Positions 49,490 through 59,156 of a stretch of DNA of 64,000 nt are shown here, piece after piece. Below the pieces are notes generated by a model. The model had not been told where the DNA came from and made no database searches. It saw nothing but the letters and a program-made list of their open reading frames with translations. Each line of letters starts with the position of its first letter. Position 1 is the stretch's first letter. The stretch is from an uncultured Ruminococcus sp. (lineage in GTDB: Bacteria; Bacillota; Clostridia; CAKSNL01; HGM11501): the NCBI GenBank assembly GCA_964466295.1, contig CAYXRC010000001.1:146640-210639 (forward strand). The letters are read 5' to 3'. Both the position numbers and the translations under genes were made by a program.

Positions 49490-50728
49490 TTATGCGGCTT
49501 CCAAAGACTTGGGTTTGTTACACATTATATGTATTGACGGAGCGCTGGCACGCAGGCGCACTCCGTAGCGTCCGCCCTGGCGTATTATTTCCGGCTCCTC
49601 AAGGCGAAGCTCGTCAATTCCGGGATTTACTATTCCGTAGCCGGTTTCCCGTACCTGATGAAGAGCGTATTTTATGCGGCTGTATTCCTTTTCCATGGCG
49701 GAGAGCTTTATCAAAAGCCGCATAAGCTTTTCCTCGCTGTCGACCTCAAAACCGGTGGTTTCCTTTATAATGGAGTAAAAAAGTCCGTCTGCAACAGTGA
49801 TACCGGCAGTAACCGAGCCTTTGCCAAGATCTACCTTTTCCACTGCGGCTCCGGATACATAATCCTCTTTTGCAAAAGCGTCCGTAAGATAATGTATCTG
49901 ACTTATGCGGTTGATTTTATAAACGGTTTCACGGATTTTTGAGTATACCTTGCTTTTAAGATAGTGGTCGGGAGAGAGCGCTTCAATCCAGCCGGGAATG
50001 TTTATGCCGATTTCAGTAACGGGGAACTCGTAAAGCACAGACTCTAAAACAGAGGCTATGTCCGACTCGTTAAGCTCGGCGCAGTTTATGCGCTTTACGG
50101 ACACGTCGTATTTCGACGAAATTTCCTCCGCCGCCGCTTTGGCAGCAGGTGATTCGGGCGCACTGGAATTTAAAAGCACGATAAACGGCTTTCCGATTGC
50201 CTTAAGCTCGTTTATGACTCTGCCCTCTGCGTCCCTGTAATCCTCCCTTGCTATATCCGTGATACTGCCGTCGGTGGTAATAACAAGACCTATGGTAGAG
50301 TGCTCGTTTATAACCTTTTTGGTGCCTGCCTCTGCCGCATCCTCAAAGGGCATGGCTTCGTCCGACCACGGAGTTTTGACCATTCTGGGAGCGTCGTCCT
50401 CAAACTGACCGATGGCACCGGGCACTATGTAGCCTACGCAGTCGATAAGTCTTACATTTAAAAAGGACTTGTTTTGGTCAAAAGAAATTTTTACGGCTTC
50501 ATTAGGTATAAACTTGGGCTCAGTAGTCATGATGGTACGTCCCGAGGCGCTTTGGGGCATTTCGTCCGCCGCACGTTCTCTTTTATAGGGATTGTCAATT
50601 TTGGGTAGCACGAAATACTCCATAAATTTTTTTATAAACGTAGACTTTCCCGTTCTTACGGGACCGACTACGCCGATGTAGATGTCGCCCTGTGTTCTTA
50701 AGGCAATATCCGAATAAATGTTATCCAT
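49490..50728 (-). CDS. spoIVA: stage IV sporulation protein A, N-terminal ~400-aa segment (5' part of the split spoIVA gene; present ORF ends in an element-encoded tail CNKPKSLEAA*)
   Basis: MDNIYSDIALRTQGDIYIGVVGPVRTGKSTFIKKFME is collinear with B. subtilis SpoIVA (MEKVDIFKDIAERTGGDIYLGVVGAVRTGKSTFIKKFME) through ...GVRLRASAPSIHIM and then diverges. Confidence 0.85.
   Translation of the reverse strand: MDNIYSDIALRTQGDIYIGVVGPVRTGKSTFIKKFMEYFVLPKIDNPYKRERAADEMPQSASGRTIMTTEPKFIPNEAVKISFDQNKSFLNVRLIDCVGYIVPGAIGQFEDDAPRMVKTPWSDEAMPFEDAAEAGTKKVINEHSTIGLVITTDGSITDIAREDYRDAEGRVINELKAIGKPFIVLLNSSAPESPAAKAAAEEISSKYDVSVKRINCAELNESDIASVLESVLYEFPVTEIGINIPGWIEALSPDHYLKSKVYSKIRETVYKINRISQIHYLTDAFAKEDYVSGAAVEKVDLGKGSVTAGITVADGLFYSIIKETTGFEVDSEEKLMRLLIKLSAMEKEYSRIKYALHQVRETGYGIVNPGIDELRLEEPEIIRQGGRYGVRLRASAPSIHIMCNKPKSLEAA
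49527..49536. repeat. right copy of the 10-bp direct repeat atatgtattg (attR side of the spoIVA intervening element)
   Basis: Identical to 14727..14736. It sits in the ...SIHIM codons of the spoIVA 5' segment. Confidence 0.7.
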
Positions 50729-50985
50729 AAAAATTCCTCCATCAAAGTGTAGTTTGTACATATGTATGAACGATTTTTAGAAAATATGATAATATTATAA
50801 AAAAGGAATATAGGTGTAAATAAGTTTTCGGTATTGTTAATTTATTATTGACAAATATTAAACAACATGCTATTATAACTGTATGTAAAAACGCTACATT
50901 AGTCCGCCGTAGACGGGCAGGTACTGGTTTAGTTAAGTAAGCTTATAAAGCTTATAAATTATTTATTTTAATGGAGGTTATAGGA

Positions 50986-52176
50986 ATGAAAAAGACAATT
51001 GCAGTGCTTCTGGCGTGTCTTATGGTATGCATGGCGTTTACGGCGTGCGGAGGAAATAAGACCGCCGGCGAAGCGACAGGAGGAAGCGACAAGACAATAT
51101 ATATTGGAGTATACGAGCCCCAGTCAGGCGACAACGGAGCTGGCGGAAAGCAGGAAATATTGGGTATGCAGTACGCAAATTCCCTTTATCCTACTGTTGA
51201 GGTCGGCGGAGAAACATATAATGTAGAGCTTGTTTATGCTGATAACGAGTCATCCACCGATAAGGCGGTATCTGCGGCGTCCACCTTGGTTTCAAAGGGC
51301 GTTTCGGTTGTTTTAGGCTCTTACGGCTCAAGCGTGGCAATTGCTGCCGGAGATACCTTTAAGGCGGCGAATATCCCGGCTATCGGCGTAACCTGCACAA
51401 ATCCCCAGGTAACCGAGGGCAACGACTGCTATTTCAGAATATGCTTCCTTGATCCTTTCCAGGGAACGGTGCTTGCAAACTATGCAAAGGAAGCCTTGAA
51501 TGTAAAGACGGCTTATTGCTTAGGTCAGCTCGGAAACGACTATGACCAGGGTCTTATAAATTACTTTAAGCAGGCGGCTGAAGGACTTGGCATAAAGGTT
51601 ATCACAGAGCAGTTCCCCGAGAACAACTCTGACTTTAACTCATATCTTACAAACGCAGTTAATCAGAATGCGGACGTAATATTTGCACCCTGCTCTTTAA
51701 GCTATGCTCAGCTTATCGTTGAACAGGCTGCGGCTAAGGGAGTTACCTGTCCCTTGCTTGCAAGCGATACATGGGATTCTAACGTAATCTTAGAGGCGGC
51801 AAAGGGTAAGAACCTTGAAATCAATGTTACGACTTTCTATGCAGAGGGCGGAAACGTAGAGTTCGAGGACGGTATAAAGGCATGGATAAACGCTGACTCA
51901 ACAAACCTTTCCAACAACGGCGGAAACGATACAATATCTGCGGTAACCGTAATGGGCTATGACGCTTATATGGTGGCGTTGGAAGCTATTAAGGCGGCAG
52001 GCTCAAAGGATTCCTCTGCTGTAAAGGACGTTCTTCCCGGCATCGTTTATACCGGCGTATCCGGCGAAATTAAGTTTGACGAAAACGGCGACGCCGTAAG
52101 AAGCGAAGCTTTCATTAAGAGAGCTAACACCGAAACGGCTTCATGGGATTTCGTTAAGATACAGGGAATAGAATAA
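50986..52176 (+). CDS. branched-chain amino acid ABC transporter substrate-binding lipoprotein (LivJ/K-like)
   Basis: Lipoprotein signal MKKTIAVLLACLMVCMAFTACGG and a periplasmic-binding-protein type I fold. Confidence 0.8.
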   Translation: MKKTIAVLLACLMVCMAFTACGGNKTAGEATGGSDKTIYIGVYEPQSGDNGAGGKQEILGMQYANSLYPTVEVGGETYNVELVYADNESSTDKAVSAASTLVSKGVSVVLGSYGSSVAIAAGDTFKAANIPAIGVTCTNPQVTEGNDCYFRICFLDPFQGTVLANYAKEALNVKTAYCLGQLGNDYDQGLINYFKQAAEGLGIKVITEQFPENNSDFNSYLTNAVNQNADVIFAPCSLSYAQLIVEQAAAKGVTCPLLASDTWDSNVILEAAKGKNLEINVTTFYAEGGNVEFEDGIKAWINADSTNLSNNGGNDTISAVTVMGYDAYMVALEAIKAAGSKDSSAVKDVLPGIVYTGVSGEIKFDENGDAVRSEAFIKRANTETASWDFVKIQGIE

Positions 52177-52317
52177 TTTATTTATCGGTTGTTTTTTCGT
52201 GGCGGGGGCAAATTTAAGGCTCCCGCCATAAGTACAAATAGGAACGTATAAATGCGTTCCGTGCATTTGTCCGTTCGGAACAGATTTATATGTTTTATTT
52301 TAAGGAGAGGATTTTTT

Positions 52318-53205
52318 ATGTCGGCATTTATAAGTGCAAATCTGCCTTATCTTTTAGCCGGTATTTCCGTAGGCGGTCAGTATGCTCTGATTGCGATAGG
52401 CTATACTATGGTTTACGGCATACTGAGGCTGATAAATTTCGCCCACGGCGACGTGTTTATGGTCGCCGGACTTATTATGGTGTATGCAACCGCTTCCATG
52501 CCCATGTATTTTTCCATACCGCTTGTGATTATCGCAACGGTGCTTTTGGGCATTTTAATTGAAAAAGCGGCGTATAAGCCCCTTAGAAGCGCACCGAGAA
52601 TGTCGGTTATGATTTCGGCTATCGGCGTGTCTTATCTTTTACAGAACTGCGCCCTTTATTTTACCGGAGGACTTCCGCAGGTATATCCGGCAATTCCTTT
52701 TCTTTCAATGCCCGTTAAGATTTACGGAACATCTGTTAAGATGGTAACCTTAATTACGCCTGTTCTGACCGTATTGCTTGTCATCGCACTGGTTATTTTA
52801 ATAAAGCATACGAAAATCGGAATGGCAATGCGTGCCGTTTCAAAGGATTTTGAAACAAGCCAGCTTATGGGAATTAAGATAAATTCGGTTATCAGCATGA
52901 CCTTTGTAATAGGCTGTTTTTTAGCCGCAGTAGGCTCGCTTTTATATTTTACAAACTATACCTCGGTAATACCCACCTCGGGAGCCATGCCGGGACTTAA
53001 GGCGTTTGTTGCCGCAGTATTCGGCGGTATCGGCTCTATTCCGGGAGCGGTAATCGGTGCTTTTATAATAGGAATTTGCGAAAATATTATAAAAGGACTG
53101 GGATGGACCACATTTTCCGACGCTTTTACGTTCGTGCTTTTAATAGTAATTCTTTTGGTAAAGCCCACCGGTATTTTCGGTGAAAAGGCAACGGATAAGG
53201 TATGA
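52318..53205 (+). CDS. livH: branched-chain amino acid ABC transporter permease LivH
   Basis: Polytopic membrane protein. ALIAIGYTMVYGILRLINFAHGD is the LivH signature. Confidence 0.85.
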   Translation: MSAFISANLPYLLAGISVGGQYALIAIGYTMVYGILRLINFAHGDVFMVAGLIMVYATASMPMYFSIPLVIIATVLLGILIEKAAYKPLRSAPRMSVMISAIGVSYLLQNCALYFTGGLPQVYPAIPFLSMPVKIYGTSVKMVTLITPVLTVLLVIALVILIKHTKIGMAMRAVSKDFETSQLMGIKINSVISMTFVIGCFLAAVGSLLYFTNYTSVIPTSGAMPGLKAFVAAVFGGIGSIPGAVIGAFIIGICENIIKGLGWTTFSDAFTFVLLIVILLVKPTGIFGEKATDKV

Positions 53206-53215
53206 GGTGACGGTT

Positions 53216-54385
53216 ATGAAGAAATTAAATACTTTGGAAAAAAAGAATCATACCGGAGGCTTTGTTGCCGCCCTGTTAATACTTTTGCTTTTCGTTTTCC
53301 TTTATATGGCGGATAACGTGCTTCCGTTAAATTCATTTACTCTTATGCTTATTCCTGTGCTTAAGAAGGCAGCGATATATTCGCTTTTATGCGTTTCATT
53401 AAATCTGTTAAACGGCTTTACGGGACTTTTTTCTTTAGGTCAGGCGGGATTTATGCTGATAGGAGCTTATACCTATGCCGCAATAATGATACCTGAGGGT
53501 CAGCACGATGCGGTATATCAGTATTTTGACGGCGGAATAATAAAGTTTTCGATTGCTGAGGAGCTTTCAAAGGTAATCGGACAGAACGCAGGAAGCTTTT
53601 TCGGCGCGGTAATAGCAATTATTATCGCAGGACTTGTGGTTGCGCTTTTTGCGGCTCTTATAGGCATACCGGTCTTAAGATTAAAGAGCGATTATCTTGC
53701 AATAGCGACTTTAGGCTTTGCCGAAATTATACGTGCGGTTTTCCAGTGGGATAAGCTGGGCAGGATAACCAACGGGTCAAACCTTTTAAGAAAATATACG
53801 AATTTCAACGATATGCAGATAAATATCGGCGATAAGGTTATAAAATTCGGAACGGCTTTTCCCTTCCTCATTGCCATTATATCCATAGGGATAATTCTCC
53901 TTTTGATAAATTCCTCCTACGGAAGAGCATATAAGGCAATCAGGGACGACGAGGTATCTGCCGAGGCTATGGGAATAAATCTGTTTCGCCATAAGATGCA
54001 GGCGTTTGTTATTTCAAGCTTTTTCGCCGGCGTCGGCGGCGCTCTTTTAGCTATGTTTCAGACCACAATTCAGGCGTCGGCGTTTAAGACCGCTATGACC
54101 TATGAAATACTTTTAATGGTCGTAATCGGCGGTATCGGCTCAATATCAGGAAGTTGTATTGCATCGTTTTTATACATCGCCTGCTCGGAATGGTGGTTAA
54201 GATTTTTAGACAGCGGATCGTTTTTCGGTATTTCTGTTCCGTTTTTCAGGGACGGCTTCAGAAAGGTAGTATTTTCGGTTATTATAATGGTAATTGTGCT
54301 CTTTTTCTCCAAGGGAATTATGGGCGATAAGGAGCTGTCGTTTAAGCGAAAGAAAAAACAGACTGCAGGGGGTGAGGATAAATGA
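53216..54385 (+). CDS. livM: branched-chain amino acid ABC transporter permease LivM
   Basis: Polytopic membrane protein with LSLGQAGFMLIGAYT. Confidence 0.8.
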   Translation: MKKLNTLEKKNHTGGFVAALLILLLFVFLYMADNVLPLNSFTLMLIPVLKKAAIYSLLCVSLNLLNGFTGLFSLGQAGFMLIGAYTYAAIMIPEGQHDAVYQYFDGGIIKFSIAEELSKVIGQNAGSFFGAVIAIIIAGLVVALFAALIGIPVLRLKSDYLAIATLGFAEIIRAVFQWDKLGRITNGSNLLRKYTNFNDMQINIGDKVIKFGTAFPFLIAIISIGIILLLINSSYGRAYKAIRDDEVSAEAMGINLFRHKMQAFVISSFFAGVGGALLAMFQTTIQASAFKTAMTYEILLMVVIGGIGSISGSCIASFLYIACSEWWLRFLDSGSFFGISVPFFRDGFRKVVFSVIIMVIVLFFSKGIMGDKELSFKRKKKQTAGGEDK

Positions 54386-55230
54386 GCGAAGCTATGCTTA
54401 ATGTTGAAAATGTGACCATGCAGTTCGGCGGTGTTGTCGCCGTAAACAATTTATCCCTTCATGTAAATAAGGGAGAGATAGTTGCCCTTATAGGACCTAA
54501 CGGAGCGGGAAAAACTACCGCCTTTAACTGTATTACCGGAGTTTACGAGCCCTCAAACGGAAAAATTGAATTTGAGGGGAAAGAGATGGTGCAAAATCAT
54601 CCTCGAGGCAAGATGAAGAAAATCTACCGAGGCGAAAACGGGGATAAGTATAAGCACAGCAAAACCTTAAATCCTACTCCCGACAAAATAACGAAGCTGG
54701 GAATCGCAAGAACCTTCCAGAATATAAGACTCTGGAAGAGCATGACGGTATTTGAAAATGTTCTGACGGCATATCACTTAAGAGCGCATCAGAACGTATT
54801 TTCCGCAACCTTCCGCTTAGCGAGAAAAGAAGAAGCGAGAATGAGAAGCCGGGCTGAGGCGCTATTAAAAGAGCAGAATCTTTGGCAGTATAAGGACGAA
54901 TTGGCAACAAGCCTTCCCTACGGACTGCAAAGAAGACTGGAGATTGCCCGGGCCATTGCCACCGATCCGAAGCTTTTATTGTTAGACGAGCCGGCGGCAG
55001 GAATGAATCCGCAGGAAACGATTGAGCTTTCAGAGTTTATTTCCCGGATCAGGGATAAATACGGTCTTACGGTTTTAATGATAGAGCATCACATGGATCT
55101 GGTAATGAATATTTCAGACAGGATTTATGTCCTGGATTTCGGCAGTCTTATTGCTGAGGGAACTCCTTTACAGGTTCAGAAAAATAAGCGTGTAATAGAC
55201 GCTTATCTGGGGGTCAGCGAAAATGAGTAA
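54382..55230 (+). CDS. livG: branched-chain amino acid ABC transporter ATP-binding protein LivG
   Basis: GPNGAGKTT (Walker A), LSYGLQRRLEIARA (signature-like), LLLDEPAAG (Walker B). Confidence 0.85.
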   Translation: MSEAMLNVENVTMQFGGVVAVNNLSLHVNKGEIVALIGPNGAGKTTAFNCITGVYEPSNGKIEFEGKEMVQNHPRGKMKKIYRGENGDKYKHSKTLNPTPDKITKLGIARTFQNIRLWKSMTVFENVLTAYHLRAHQNVFSATFRLARKEEARMRSRAEALLKEQNLWQYKDELATSLPYGLQRRLEIARAIATDPKLLLLDEPAAGMNPQETIELSEFISRIRDKYGLTVLMIEHHMDLVMNISDRIYVLDFGSLIAEGTPLQVQKNKRVIDAYLGVSENE

Positions 55231-55939
55231 TTCTTTTTTAAGGATAGAAAATCTTAAGGTCAATTACGGCGGAATAGAAGCCGTAAAGGGAATTGACATT
55301 GATGTTCCCAAGGGGAAAATAGTCACCCTTATCGGAGCTAACGGAGCCGGAAAAAGCTCTACCTTAAGGACAATATCGGGACTTATAAAGCCCAAAAGCG
55401 GCAAAATTATATTCGAGGGCGAGGATATTACGGCAAAGGATCCCACGAGTATAGTTACAAGGGGTATAACGCTTGTCCCTGAGGGAAGAAGGATATTTCC
55501 CGATCTTACGGTTAAGGAAAATCTTAAAATAGGAGCATATTTGAGAAAAGACGACATATCAAAGGATTTAAAGTGGGTATATGAGCTTTTCCCCAGACTT
55601 GCCGAGCGTGAATGGCAGGAGGGCGGCACGCTTTCCGGCGGCGAACAACAGATGCTTGCCGTGGGAAGAGCGCTGATGAGCAGACCGAAGCTTATAATGA
55701 TGGACGAACCCTCATTAGGACTTGCTCCTTTGGTTGTGCAGAGCATTTTTGAAATAATAAAAACAATAAACGAACAGGGTATAACGGTGCTTTTGATTGA
55801 GCAGAACGCCAATATGGCGCTTAAAACCGCAGACCTTGCTTATGTCCTTGAAACCGGCAGAATAACTAAGTCCGGCACGGGAGAGGAGCTTCTTTCAGAC
55901 GAGAGCATTAAGGAGGCATACCTGGGAAAAAGCAAATAA
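55223..55939 (+). CDS. livF: branched-chain amino acid ABC transporter ATP-binding protein LivF
   Basis: GANGAGKSST, LSGGEQQMLAVGRAL, IMMDEPSLGLAP. Confidence 0.85.
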   Translation: MSNSFLRIENLKVNYGGIEAVKGIDIDVPKGKIVTLIGANGAGKSSTLRTISGLIKPKSGKIIFEGEDITAKDPTSIVTRGITLVPEGRRIFPDLTVKENLKIGAYLRKDDISKDLKWVYELFPRLAEREWQEGGTLSGGEQQMLAVGRALMSRPKLIMMDEPSLGLAPLVVQSIFEIIKTINEQGITVLLIEQNANMALKTADLAYVLETGRITKSGTGEELLSDESIKEAYLGKSK

Positions 55940-55995
55940 TCCTTTGATTTTTAATTTTACACTTTTAGCATTTTTAGAAAGGAAGAAAGACTATA

Positions 55996-57390
55996 ATGAA
56001 AAGAGATTTTGTCAAAGACATTTATTCGTCGCCTGAAGCGTACAGTCAAAAGACGGTTATTTTGGGGGGCTGGATTAAAAATTTAAGGGACAGCAAGGAG
56101 TTTGGATTTATTGATTTAAATGACGGAAGCTGTTTTAAAAATATTCAGGTAATTATTGAAAGACAAAAGCTTGATAATTACGCAGAGATTGCCGCATTAA
56201 ATATCGGAGCGGCAATAGTGGTAAAGGGAACGGTCGCTCTTACTCCGGGAAGAAAACAGCCCTTTGAGGTTAAGGCAGACTCTGTTGAGATTGAAGGACT
56301 TTCGACGCCGGATTATCCCATACAGAATAAAAGACATTCTCCGGAATTTTTAAGAGAGCAGGCTTATCTGCGCCCAAGGACAAATCTTTTTTCGGCGGTT
56401 TTCAGGGTAAGAAGCGAGGCGGCTTATGCAATTCACTCGTTTTTCCATGAGAGAGGCTTTGTGTATGTGCATACACCCATTGTAACAGGCTCTGACTGCG
56501 AGGGAGCAGGGGAAATGTTCAGAATAACGACTATGGACATGGATAATCCTCCCAGAAAAGAGGACGGGTCAATAGACTGGTCTAAAGACTTTTTCGGGAA
56601 AAGCACAAATCTTACCGTGTCCGGTCAGCTTGAGGCGGAAACCTTCGCTATGGCATACGGAAAGGTTTATACCTTCGGTCCGACCTTCCGGGCTGAAAAT
56701 TCAAACACCGCACGCCATGCGGCAGAGTTCTGGATGATAGAGCCGGAAATCGCTTTTGCCGACCTTAACGATAACATGCAGCTTGCATGGGATATGATAC
56801 AGTATATTATAAAATACGTTATGGAAAACTGCGCCCAGGAGCTTGAGTTTTTCAATAGCTTTGTAGATAAGACCCTGCTTGAAAGACTTACCAATCTTGC
56901 AAACAGCAGCTACACAAAGGTTACCTATACCGAGGCGGTCGAGCTACTGAAAAAGAGCGGCGAGAAGTTTAATTATCCCGTGGAGTGGGGCTGCGATCTT
57001 CAGACCGAGCATGAAAGATACCTGACGGAAAAAATATTTAAAGGACCGGTTTTTGTTATTGACTATCCCAAGGAAATTAAGTCGTTTTATATGCGCCAAA
57101 ATGACGACGGAAAGACTGTTGCCGCCATGGATATGCTTGTGCCGGGCGTAGGCGAAATAATAGGCGGAAGCCAGAGAGAGGAAAGAATCGACGTGCTTCT
57201 TTCTCGTATGAAGGAGCTTAATCTTGCTGAAGAGGACTACTGGTGGTATGTTAATTTAAGACGCTACGGCGGAACAAGGCATTCGGGCTATGGGCTGGGA
57301 TTTGAAAGAATCATCATGTATTTAACCGGTGTTTCAAATATAAGAGATGTACTGCCGTATCCGAGAACTGTCGGAAACGCAGAGTATTAA
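55996..57390 (+). CDS. asnS: asparagine--tRNA ligase
   Basis: 464 aa class II aaRS: N-terminal OB anticodon-binding domain, motif 2 FRAE, motif 3 GLGFERI. Confidence 0.9.
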   Translation: MKRDFVKDIYSSPEAYSQKTVILGGWIKNLRDSKEFGFIDLNDGSCFKNIQVIIERQKLDNYAEIAALNIGAAIVVKGTVALTPGRKQPFEVKADSVEIEGLSTPDYPIQNKRHSPEFLREQAYLRPRTNLFSAVFRVRSEAAYAIHSFFHERGFVYVHTPIVTGSDCEGAGEMFRITTMDMDNPPRKEDGSIDWSKDFFGKSTNLTVSGQLEAETFAMAYGKVYTFGPTFRAENSNTARHAAEFWMIEPEIAFADLNDNMQLAWDMIQYIIKYVMENCAQELEFFNSFVDKTLLERLTNLANSSYTKVTYTEAVELLKKSGEKFNYPVEWGCDLQTEHERYLTEKIFKGPVFVIDYPKEIKSFYMRQNDDGKTVAAMDMLVPGVGEIIGGSQREERIDVLLSRMKELNLAEEDYWWYVNLRRYGGTRHSGYGLGFERIIMYLTGVSNIRDVLPYPRTVGNAEY

Positions 57391-57468
57391 GATAAAATAC
57401 CGTCTGCCCTAAGCCGGCAGGCGGTATTTGAAGATTGAAAGAATTTTAACATTCGGAGGACATTTAAC

Positions 57469-58320
57469 GTGAAACTGGGTCTTGTGATTGAAGGCGGCGC
57501 AAGCCGTGCATACTTTTCAACCGGTGTTATGGATTTTTTGCTGGAGAAAAAAATTTACGCAGATTATGTGATTGGGGTAAGCGCCGGAATTGCCAACGGG
57601 GTATCCTATGTTTCCAGGCAGATTGGGCGAAATATTGATATAGGTGAAAATTACGTTCACGATAAGCGGTACATGGGTCTTAAATATCTGATGGACCCTA
57701 AAAACCGAAGCTTTTATAATCTTAAATTTGTATTTGGCGGCGGGGTTGAGGAGTTTGTGCCTTTTGACTATGACGCATATTACAGCTCCGGCGGAAAAAC
57801 CGTTGCGGTTGTAACAAATATAGAAACAGGCAAGCCGGAATATCTTGATATATCCCATTATAAGGGCGATTGGAAGCCTCTTATTGCAAGCTGTTCACTG
57901 CCGATTTTATTTAAGCCCGAGGATATAGACGGAAGACTTTATATGGACGGCGGAATTTCAGATCCCATTCCGATTGACCGGGCAATTGAGGAGGGCTGCG
58001 ACAGGATAATAGTTATTACCACAAGAGAGCGAAGCTACAAAAAAACCAAGGAAACCGGAGTGGGTGTTTCGTCCTTAGCTTATAGGCACTACCCTAAGTT
58101 TGTCGGACTTTTAAAGTCGAGAGTAGATACATACAATAAAGCGCACCAAAAGGCGCTGGAGTATGAAAAGCAGGGCAGAATATTTTTAATAGCGCCCGAG
58201 GATACAAAAGGCTGGGGCAGAACCGAATCGGACCCTTATAAGATACGGGCTATGCATAATACAGGGCACAGCACGGCGGAAAAATTATATGAAAGCCTTG
58301 AGAAATATTTAAATGAATAA
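57469..58320 (+). CDS. patatin-like phospholipase (GTG start)
   Basis: GGASRAYFSTGV (oxyanion GGxR) and GVSAGIANG (GxSxG). Confidence 0.8.
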   Translation: MKLGLVIEGGASRAYFSTGVMDFLLEKKIYADYVIGVSAGIANGVSYVSRQIGRNIDIGENYVHDKRYMGLKYLMDPKNRSFYNLKFVFGGGVEEFVPFDYDAYYSSGGKTVAVVTNIETGKPEYLDISHYKGDWKPLIASCSLPILFKPEDIDGRLYMDGGISDPIPIDRAIEEGCDRIIVITTRERSYKKTKETGVGVSSLAYRHYPKFVGLLKSRVDTYNKAHQKALEYEKQGRIFLIAPEDTKGWGRTESDPYKIRAMHNTGHSTAEKLYESLEKYLNE

Positions 58321-58454
58321 TAAAAAACCTATAAGGATTTCCTTATAGGTTTTTTTGCGTTTTGGTATATCGCCTGACTTTTTAGTATTACCCTTAATCG
58401 AAAAATATAGATAGTTATAAATATAATGCGTTGCTTTTATAAGATGAACTTATT

Positions 58455-58889
58455 TCAAACTCTCTCGATGGCAACCGCGTGGCATATTCCCGGTATACTT
58501 TCACCCTGCTTGGAGCGCTCGGCGCTCATTAAGGCTCCCGTTGCCGCAAAAAGCACACGCTTATATTTGCCTTTTTGCATTTGAGGAAGGATATATCCGC
58601 AAAGAATACTTGCGCTGCAGCCGCATCCGCTTCCGCCGGAGTGAACATCCTGTTTTTCACGGTCGTACATTTCCTTGCCGCAGTCAAAATGCCTTTTTTT
58701 AATGTCAATTCCGTTTTGCTGTAAAAGCTCGTCTGCAAGGTCGCTTCCCAAAAAGCCCAGGTCGCCGGAGATTATAAGGTCATAGTCCTCGGGTCGTGTA
58801 TTTGTGTTTTTTAAATGATTATATATGGTATCGGCAAAGGCAGGGGAAGATGTCAAGGGTACACCATAAATTTCTTTAATTTTGTGCAT
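58455..58889 (-). pseudogene. spoVAD: stage V sporulation protein AD, C-terminal ~140-aa fragment only (truncated or split gene)
   Basis: PAFADTIYNHLKNTNTRPEDYDLIISGDLGFLGS...HFDCGKEMYDREKQDVHSGGSGCGCSASILCGYILPQMQKGKYKRVLFAATGALMS...IPGICHAVAIER is collinear with B. subtilis SpoVAD residues ~200-335 (...ADDYDLILTGDLSGVG...AGGSGCACSAV...RVFVVATGALLS...IPTIAHGVVFER). An in-frame stop lies 8 codons upstream of the Met. No N-terminal half is present in the window. Confidence 0.7.
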
Positions 58890-59156
58890 TTTGTATAGTT
58901 TTTGCTCAAATTATATACACTTTGCACAAGTAGCAGTTTTTTACACTAAAAAATGAGGCCAAAAAGCTCATTTATATCCCATTTTCATCAATTATGGTGT
59001 ATCCTTAACATCTACCTGTCATTTTTTGTCTGAAAAGGTCTATTTTAGCAGGTTTTCAAAGTGATAATGAAAATTAGTGAAAAAATAGTGTAAAAATAGT
59101 GGAATTTTTCACTCACTTGTGGTATACTATTATTATCAAAACAAAGGACTGATTTT

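Noticed and set aside
52290-52562. 90-aa plus-strand ORF upstream of and overlapping livH
   Set aside because: The region is covered by the livH leader and coding region in another frame. The translation is low-complexity (R/Y-rich) and has no RBS.
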